From Trichoplax sp. H2 (lineage: Eukaryota): 20,000 nt of DNA. Location of the stretch: assembly GCA_003344405.1 (NCBI GenBank), contig NOWV01000108.1, forward strand, positions 234,420 to 254,419, read 5' to 3'. Below are positions 19,757 to 20,000 of this stretch, in pieces. Made by a program: the position numbers and the translations under genes. The first letter of the stretch is position 1. Each line of letters starts with the position of its first letter. The notes beneath the pieces are model-generated. The model did not search any database, was not told where the DNA came from, and was given only the letters and a program-made list of their open reading frames with translations.

Positions 19757-20000
19757 GTTCATGGCATAGTATACTGTACGCACGCGTACACGATGCTGTA
19801 AAGGAAGAAATAAGCAAATAACTTCCCATGGTGGCCATTGAAGATGGATTAATTTCTTGGCTATCGTTATTAAAGGCTTAATCTTATCCATTACAGGTAG
19901 AAAAGTCTTAATAAGGGAACCTATGCGATACGATTCTAGTCTTGTTATTGCTACTCATATAAAAGTAGAATAGTAGTTGTAAAATCCTCTTTGCAATACC

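Overview
Eukaryotic (animal) genomic DNA: AT-rich and gene-dense, with many introns of about 60-110 nt. The style is compatible with a placozoan-type genome, but that is inference only. Three spliced genes were reconstructed by hand. (1) A 19-exon, ~820-aa divergent Vasa/DDX4-like DEAD-box RNA helicase on + (3498-8040). It has an Asp/Arg-rich N-terminus built from phase-0 mini-exons, no CCHC knuckles, several non-canonical helicase motifs, and RG/FG repeats at the C-terminus. (2) An 11-exon, 417-aa LEXM/CIMAP2 (C1orf177)-like PGPG-repeat ciliary protein on - (11907-8575). (3) A 12-exon, ~382-aa NADK2-like NAD kinase on - (18001-14222; start uncertain). Non-coding features are a 71-76-bp satellite with a 222-bp higher-order unit (1243-1797), a 13 x 59-bp minisatellite (12211-12981), a possible spliced + strand transcript (13082-14004), a hairpin-rich ~190-bp duplication (18981-19364) and a CAGTA palindrome (19711-19756). 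No CRISPR array, rRNA, tRNA or intact transposon was seen. The most interesting item is the atypical Vasa-like gene; I found no clear new multi-gene system.
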